NCBI GenBank assembly: GCA_015232565.1
Contig: JADFZK010000001.1
Span: 13,160-77,159, forward strand
Reading direction: 5' to 3'
Length of the DNA: 64,000 nt
Source: Candidatus Omnitrophota bacterium
GTDB taxonomy: Bacteria; Omnitrophota; Gorgyraeia; Zapsychrales; Fredricksoniimonadaceae
Part shown: positions 58,639-64,000 of the stretch, one piece after another
Position numbering within the stretch: the first letter of the stretch is position 1
How the letters are laid out: every line of letters starts with the position of its first letter
Notes under the pieces: generated by a model
What the model saw: the letters and a program-made list of their open reading frames with translations, nothing else
What the model was told of the DNA's origin: nothing
The model's database searches: none
Position numbers and translations under genes: made by a program

Positions 58639-59355
58639 GTGGATTCATTGATCTATAAGGAACAACAGGTTTGGGGACGTACCGGGAATGAGCTTTTTTT
58701 CCAGGGGACGCGAAGCCAGGTCGATCATTTATATCGTTCGGAGAAGTTTTTTTTGCCTCAACTGGTGAAGGAGTCTGCGTCTTTTCTGGACTTGGGCTGT
58801 GCCTGCGGGGATTTCAGCCAGATCGTCAGGCATTATAATCCGGAGATCCGTTATACAGGGGCGGACATTATTGACCGTTTTGTTCAGATAGCCCGGAAAA
58901 ATTATCCGCAGGATGATTTTATTGTCAGTGACGGCATTAAGCTGGATTATCCCGATGGCGCTTTCGATCTGGTGCATTCTAGCGGGATCTTGCACCTGAA
59001 TTCCCGGTATCAGGATATTGTCCGGGAAATGTACCGTGTTTCCTCCAGGCATGTGTTATGTGATTTTCGCCTGACGAACGGGCCTGCGGTTACGGGGGAG
59101 ATGGATGTTAACCTGGCCGGCCAGAGTGAACAGCAGACTTTGCCATATTATGTGGTGAATACTGACGACCACCTGGCATTTCTTAAGAACTTATCTCCGG
59201 CGCCTTTTAAGATCACTGTTAAAGGATATGCGCATCCTCCTACCAAGGCGGCGCGCATCAGCGTGGATAAGGTTATGATGGCGTTTTTCCTTATTGAAAA
59301 GGGCCGTGCCGGAATCGGGCACGAAACTGTTGTTGAAATAAACCTTAATTCCTAA
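58639..59355 (+). CDS. Class I SAM methyltransferase
   Basis: LYRSE, LDLGCACG, FDLVHSSGILH. Confidence 0.85.
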   Translation: MDSLIYKEQQVWGRTGNELFFQGTRSQVDHLYRSEKFFLPQLVKESASFLDLGCACGDFSQIVRHYNPEIRYTGADIIDRFVQIARKNYPQDDFIVSDGIKLDYPDGAFDLVHSSGILHLNSRYQDIVREMYRVSSRHVLCDFRLTNGPAVTGEMDVNLAGQSEQQTLPYYVVNTDDHLAFLKNLSPAPFKITVKGYAHPPTKAARISVDKVMMAFFLIEKGRAGIGHETVVEINLNS

Positions 59356-59365
59356 TAAAAATGGA

Positions 59366-60451
59366 ATGATTATGATTCAGCCAAAAAGATTATTGCTCAA
59401 TATCTCACGGGCGCCGTCCAATACAGAGAATCGTCTGGGTAAGGTTATGCGCCTTGATCATAATGAGCGGACCACCCCGTTGCCGCAAGCGGTTCTTGAC
59501 GCGGTATGGAAGACAGTGTCTCCCGAGGAGGTGGTGGCTTATCCGGCTTTGGAAAGCCTGTATCGCAAACTGGCCGCCTCTCTTGGGGTGCCGCGTGAAT
59601 GTCTGCTGTTAACCTATGGGTCCGATACTGGTATCCGGATGGTCTTTGATACTTACCTCAACGAAGGCGATGAGGTTGTAATGCTTGATCCTGGTTATGG
59701 GATGTTCCCGGTTTATACGGACATGTTTGGGGGTAAGAGGGTGTTCGTTAAGTATGATGCCGATTTCAGTTTGCCTGTTACGCGGATTATTGAGAAGATC
59801 AACGACAATACCAAGTTGGTTATTCTTGCTAACCCTAATCATACCGGTACGGCAATGGCGGATGGGGACATCCTTAAGGTCATCCAGGTAGCTGCTACGC
59901 ATAATGCGTTGGTTTTGGTTGATGAGGCGTATCATTATTTTTATGAGAAAACCATGATCGGGCAACTGCCGGCGTATGACAATTTGATTATCGTCCGGAC
60001 CATGTCAAAAGCTTTCGGTATCGCGCCTTTACGGGTGGGGTATCTGGTAAGCCAGTCGGCGAATATCAATAATCTGATTAAAGTCAAGTTGACTTATGAC
60101 GTGACGACTTTGTCGGCCAAGTTTGCCGAATACCTTATCGATCATCCGTCAATAGGTCTGGAATATGTGCGTGATGTTAATGAGGGTAAAGCATATCTGG
60201 CCGATGAGTTCAAGAAGCTGGGGGCAAAGGTGTTCCCATCGGTAACGAATTTTGTTTTTGTACGTTTACCGGAAGGCAGTGATGCAGTGAAGCTGGTGCG
60301 GGCGCTGGAAGCCCGGGATATCTGGATCAAAGGACCGTTCAAAGGGGTGCCGGTTGACGGGTATATCCGTATAACGGTTGGCCCCCGGGCGCAGATGGCC
60401 ATCTTTATGGAGCATGTTAAGGAATTGATGGGGAAAAAGCATGAAGGATAA
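59366..60451 (+). CDS. Class I/II PLP aminotransferase (HisC-like)
   Basis: RLDHNE, LANPNHTG, VDEAY, RTMSKAFGIAPLRVGY, IRITVG. Confidence 0.85.
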   Translation: MIMIQPKRLLLNISRAPSNTENRLGKVMRLDHNERTTPLPQAVLDAVWKTVSPEEVVAYPALESLYRKLAASLGVPRECLLLTYGSDTGIRMVFDTYLNEGDEVVMLDPGYGMFPVYTDMFGGKRVFVKYDADFSLPVTRIIEKINDNTKLVILANPNHTGTAMADGDILKVIQVAATHNALVLVDEAYHYFYEKTMIGQLPAYDNLIIVRTMSKAFGIAPLRVGYLVSQSANINNLIKVKLTYDVTTLSAKFAEYLIDHPSIGLEYVRDVNEGKAYLADEFKKLGAKVFPSVTNFVFVRLPEGSDAVKLVRALEARDIWIKGPFKGVPVDGYIRITVGPRAQMAIFMEHVKELMGKKHEG

Positions 60452-61202
60452 GTATAAAGGCAAGAAAGTCGTGGGAGTCATTCCGGCGCGCATGGAGTCG
60501 TCGCGTTTTTACGGTAAGCCGCTGGCCAGGATACTGGGCAAGGAAATGATCCAGTGGGTTTACGAGTATTGTATGAAATGCCGTAATTTGAAAGATGTTT
60601 ACGTGGCGACCGATCACGAAGATGTCGGCAAGTTTTGTGAGCAAAAAGGAATGCGGTGTATTATGACTGCTGCGACACACAAGAACTGCTCTGAACGTTC
60701 GGATGAGGTGTGTCGGCGGGTAGGGGCGGAATATGTGGTTGAGATCCAGGGGGATGAGCCTACCCTGCGCGCGCAGGATGTGGATGATTTTATCGACCGG
60801 GCTTTTGATTTCGAGCAGTTTGATGTCGTAACACAATACGTGCAGATCTCTGAAGAAGAAGCCCGCGATCCTCAGTCGGTCAAAATCGCGGTGGGTAATG
60901 AGGGTAAAGCGTTGTATTTCTCGCGGTGTGCTATTCCGTACAATTTCAAGAACCGTAATCCTGAATATTACAAGCAGGTGGGGTTGTATGTCTGGCCGGC
61001 CGAGGCTATCAAGCGTTTCTCGCAGACTCCTAAGGGTTATCTGGAAAGCATCGAAGATACCCATATGCTGCGTTTGACCGAATACGGTTTTGATGTGCGG
61101 CTGGTATCGACCGATATCGCAACGGTGGGGGTGGACCTTCCGCAACATATCGCCCAGGCAGAAGCATTTCTAACAAAACGCAAGGAGGCTGGCGGTGAGT
61201 AA
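60441..61202 (+). CDS. KdsB-like ulosonate cytidylyltransferase
   Basis: IPARMESSRFYGKPL, VATD, IQGDEP, ALYFSR..IP, VD. Confidence 0.85.
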   Translation: MKDKYKGKKVVGVIPARMESSRFYGKPLARILGKEMIQWVYEYCMKCRNLKDVYVATDHEDVGKFCEQKGMRCIMTAATHKNCSERSDEVCRRVGAEYVVEIQGDEPTLRAQDVDDFIDRAFDFEQFDVVTQYVQISEEEARDPQSVKIAVGNEGKALYFSRCAIPYNFKNRNPEYYKQVGLYVWPAEAIKRFSQTPKGYLESIEDTHMLRLTEYGFDVRLVSTDIATVGVDLPQHIAQAEAFLTKRKEAGGE

Positions 61203-62271
61203 GGAGTTGAGGCTTGGGATCATCGGCTGCGGACGGGTGGCTTTTCATCATGCCGAGATGCTTAAAGGTTTGGATGGTATCAAGCTGGTTGCCATCTGCG
61301 ATCTGATCGAGGAGAAAGCTCGGAAGTTATCCGAGAAGTCCGGCGCTAAAGTTTACATTAATTATCGTGAAATGCTGGCACGCGAGGAGCTTGATCTGGT
61401 TACGCTGGCTACTCCTACAGGTGCTCATTATGAGCATGTAAAAGATATTCTAGCTCATTGCGCAGTGAATGTTTTGCTCGAGAAACCAATGGTTTTGCGC
61501 GTGGCCCAGGGCCTGGAGCTTAATGCCCTGGCGGCAAAGAAGGGCGTGCGGATCTTCCCGGTCTATCAGAACCGGTTCAATAAAGCGGTCCAGCGGGTAA
61601 AATCAGCGATGGTTAGTGGCGAGTTGGGTGATGTGGTGTTGGGCACGGTGCGGTTGCGTTGGTGCCGGCCTCAACGTTATTATGATCTGGCGGCCTGGCG
61701 GGGCACTTACTCCATGGACGGCGGCGCGTATGTGAATCAGGGGATCCATTATATTGATATTCTGCGTTACCTGGCCGGTGAGGTTGAGGAAGTCAATTCC
61801 TGCCTGGCACAGCTGGGGGCCAAGCTCGAGGCGGAAGACACCGGCGTGAGCCTGCTTAAGTTCCGTAGCGGCGGACTGGGCCAGCTGGAGATAACCATGG
61901 CGGCCCGGCCTGATGATTTTGAGGCGTCTGTTTCTATCGTCGGTAGTAAAGGGCTGGCGGTCCTGGGTGGAATTTGTGCTAACAAGCTGGAAACATTTTC
62001 ACCGAGTCCGGGTGAGCAGGCGATTTACAGTGAAGAGGTTGGCATGGCGTATGGCTTAAGCCATCGTCAGGTCTATAGCAAACTGATCACAGCGATCAAT
62101 GAAAAACAGCCATCGCCGGTGGACTTTAATGATGGGCTTAATACGATCCGGTTATTGCATGCTTTATATCGTAGCAATGAAGACCGCCGCTGGGTGCGGC
62201 TCGATGAAGAAGTAGAGTCGAAACGCCTGGGTGAGCGAAACGATAAATTGCTGGCGGAATATTTGATATGA
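61195..62271 (+). CDS. Gfo/Idh/MocA oxidoreductase (WlbA/WbpB-like NDP-sugar dehydrogenase)
   Basis: GCGRVAFHH, LEKPM, QNRFN, RWCRPQRYY..WRGT..MDGG..NQGIHYID. Confidence 0.85.
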   Translation: MSKELRLGIIGCGRVAFHHAEMLKGLDGIKLVAICDLIEEKARKLSEKSGAKVYINYREMLAREELDLVTLATPTGAHYEHVKDILAHCAVNVLLEKPMVLRVAQGLELNALAAKKGVRIFPVYQNRFNKAVQRVKSAMVSGELGDVVLGTVRLRWCRPQRYYDLAAWRGTYSMDGGAYVNQGIHYIDILRYLAGEVEEVNSCLAQLGAKLEAEDTGVSLLKFRSGGLGQLEITMAARPDDFEASVSIVGSKGLAVLGGICANKLETFSPSPGEQAIYSEEVGMAYGLSHRQVYSKLITAINEKQPSPVDFNDGLNTIRLLHALYRSNEDRRWVRLDEEVESKRLGERNDKLLAEYLI

Positions 62272-63344
62272 AAAAACCGTTGCGGGTTGGTATTGCCGGG
62301 TTTGGTGTGGTAGGCAAGGTTCGCCGGAAGTTTATCGACCAGCATCCGCGTATGCTGGTGACGGCGGTTTGCGATCAGTCTTTTGCCAAAACAGGCGGAA
62401 AACTCGAGGGGCTTTCCTGTTTCAGCAGTTACAAGCAGTTGCTGGCAGAACCGCTGGATGTGCTTTTTGTGTGTTTGCCGAATTATCTGGCGCCGGAAGT
62501 TACTATTGCCGGTTTGGAGAAGGGCTTGCACGTTTTTTGCGAGAAACCACCGGGAAAGAGTGTGGAAGATATTCTGGCGGTGATCCAGTGTGAACGGAAA
62601 CATGCGAAACAGAAACTCATGTATGGTTTTAATCATCGTTACCATGAGTCGGTGCGTAAGGCCATGGACATTATCCGTAGCGGTAGTTTGGGCAAGGTTA
62701 TTAATTTGCGTGGGGTGTATGGCAAGTCCAAGATCGTCAGTTTTGATTCGGACTGGCGTACCAAACGGGCTTTGGCGGGCGGCGGCATCTTTCTCGACCA
62801 GGGGATCCACATGGTCGACCTGATGCGCTTGTTTGCCGGCGAATTCACGGAAGTGCACAGCTATATTTCCAACGATTTCTGGAAACATGACGTGGAAGAC
62901 AATGCTTATGCTTTAATGCGTACCGCCGATGGTGTTGTGGCCCAGTTGCATTCCTCGGCGACCCAGTGGAGGCATTCGTTCAATCTTTCCATTGCGCTGA
63001 CCAAGGGCTCGCTGATCCTCTCCGGGATCCTGTCCAATTCGAAGTCTTACGGAGCCGAGACGATTACCATAGTCCGTGCCAGCGCGAATGACGGCGGCGA
63101 TCCTTTCGAGGAGATGATCCGTTATAACGAGGACAATTCCTGGCGCGATGAAGTGTTTGATTTCGCTAGTGCGGTTATCGGGGATAAGAAAGTGACCGGT
63201 GGCACCAGCCTGGAGGCGTTAAAAACGATGAAGACGGTTTATCGTATTTATTACGCGGATCTCAAGTGGCGCAAAAAATATAATATTCCTGATCCTGATC
63301 GGAAAGTGTTTTCTAGGGGTGCCCCTAAGGCAGGTGCGACTTGA
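62268..63344 (+). CDS. Gfo/Idh/MocA oxidoreductase
   Basis: [45 protein letters not shown]. Confidence 0.88.
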   Translation: MKKPLRVGIAGFGVVGKVRRKFIDQHPRMLVTAVCDQSFAKTGGKLEGLSCFSSYKQLLAEPLDVLFVCLPNYLAPEVTIAGLEKGLHVFCEKPPGKSVEDILAVIQCERKHAKQKLMYGFNHRYHESVRKAMDIIRSGSLGKVINLRGVYGKSKIVSFDSDWRTKRALAGGGIFLDQGIHMVDLMRLFAGEFTEVHSYISNDFWKHDVEDNAYALMRTADGVVAQLHSSATQWRHSFNLSIALTKGSLILSGILSNSKSYGAETITIVRASANDGGDPFEEMIRYNEDNSWRDEVFDFASAVIGDKKVTGGTSLEALKTMKTVYRIYYADLKWRKKYNIPDPDRKVFSRGAPKAGAT

Positions 63345-63898
63345 GGATATTGATTTATCTTTTGAGAGATATCAGGTATCGCCTATGGTGTTTGGGGGCT
63401 AGGATACAATGCGCGCATCAATTTGATTTTTATCCGCCACCAGGCACGTTGATCCGTCATCCCGAGAATATAACAATCGGGAAGCATTTCGCTTTGGCTG
63501 ATTTTTGTCAGTTGATATGTCAGGATCCTGAGCGCGGTAGCCGGTTAGTGATTGGTGATCATGTGTCGATTAACAGCAATGTACTTATTATTGCTGATGG
63601 CGGTGGAAGGATCACGATCGGTGATAATGTGCTTATTGGTCCATTGACTGTGTTGAGAGCGGCGAATCATTGTATTGCTTCGGCGGACCAATTGATCAGG
63701 GAGCAGGGGCATGAGCCGGGTGTGATTACAATTGAGAATGATGTGTGGTTAGGCGCGGGTGTGACTGTGGTCCCTGGTGTTACTATTGGACGCTCTGCTG
63801 TAATAGGTGCGGGTAGCGTAGTAACGCGAGATGTTCCTCCTTATGCGATTGCGGTGGGAGTTCCAGCTCGCGTGATAAAGATGAGAAAAGTTGTTTAG
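63341..63898 (+). CDS. Hexapeptide-repeat acyltransferase
   Basis: [44 protein letters not shown]. Confidence 0.88.
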   Translation: MRILIYLLRDIRYRLWCLGARIQCAHQFDFYPPPGTLIRHPENITIGKHFALADFCQLICQDPERGSRLVIGDHVSINSNVLIIADGGGRITIGDNVLIGPLTVLRAANHCIASADQLIREQGHEPGVITIENDVWLGAGVTVVPGVTIGRSAVIGAGSVVTRDVPPYAIAVGVPARVIKMRKVV

Positions 63899-63918
63899 AT
63901 CTATTTCCGGGGGTTTCT

Positions 63919-64000
63919 ATGAGTATGATGGAAGATGTTTATAAAAATAATAAAAGTGCCAGCGACTATTCAAAGGCGTACATCAGTCATCTGATTGAGA
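63919..64000 (+). CDS. Start of next gene (partial; product not assignable, possibly SIS-domain)
   Basis: GGGGG RBS-like tract then MSMMEDVYKNNKSASDYSKAYISHLIE, open to the window edge. Confidence 0.45.
   Translation, partial: MSMMEDVYKNNKSASDYSKAYISHLIE

Noticed and set aside
62073-62888. 271-aa minus-strand ORF
   Set aside because: Antisense shadow of two well-supported oxidoreductases.

Overview
Bacterial chromosomal window, almost entirely coding. The lineage is probably Candidatus Omnitrophota, inferred only from the recognisable termini of the 1259-aa protein. All calls come from motif reading; no searches were run. Left part (1-13.9 kb): a partial ORF6N gene, comM/yifB, a DUF212-LD-transpeptidase-accA-rlmN operon, nested palindromic MITE-like elements, and a large secreted modular protein with a variable AT-richer middle, coupled to an STI1-like partner. 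It also holds a kinetoplastid/spirochaete-type GAPDH, two DUF4160/DUF2442 toxin-antitoxin-like pairs and a 30-Cys secreted protein. Middle (13.9-24.9 kb): a lipid-linked glycosylation-type cluster with several GT-C-like membrane proteins, a GtrA-methyltransferase fusion, a GtrB-like GT2, a radical SAM enzyme and a TPR protein, followed by metF and galE. Right part (26.9-64 kb, runs off the window): a large surface-glycan locus headed by a MarR-type regulator. It encodes a legionaminic-acid-type pathway with probable epimerisation and acetamidino tailoring, a perosamine/formyl/C-methyl module, a Wzx flippase, two orphan putative transferases and a second cytidylyltransferase module. No rRNA, tRNA, CRISPR array or intact transposase was seen.
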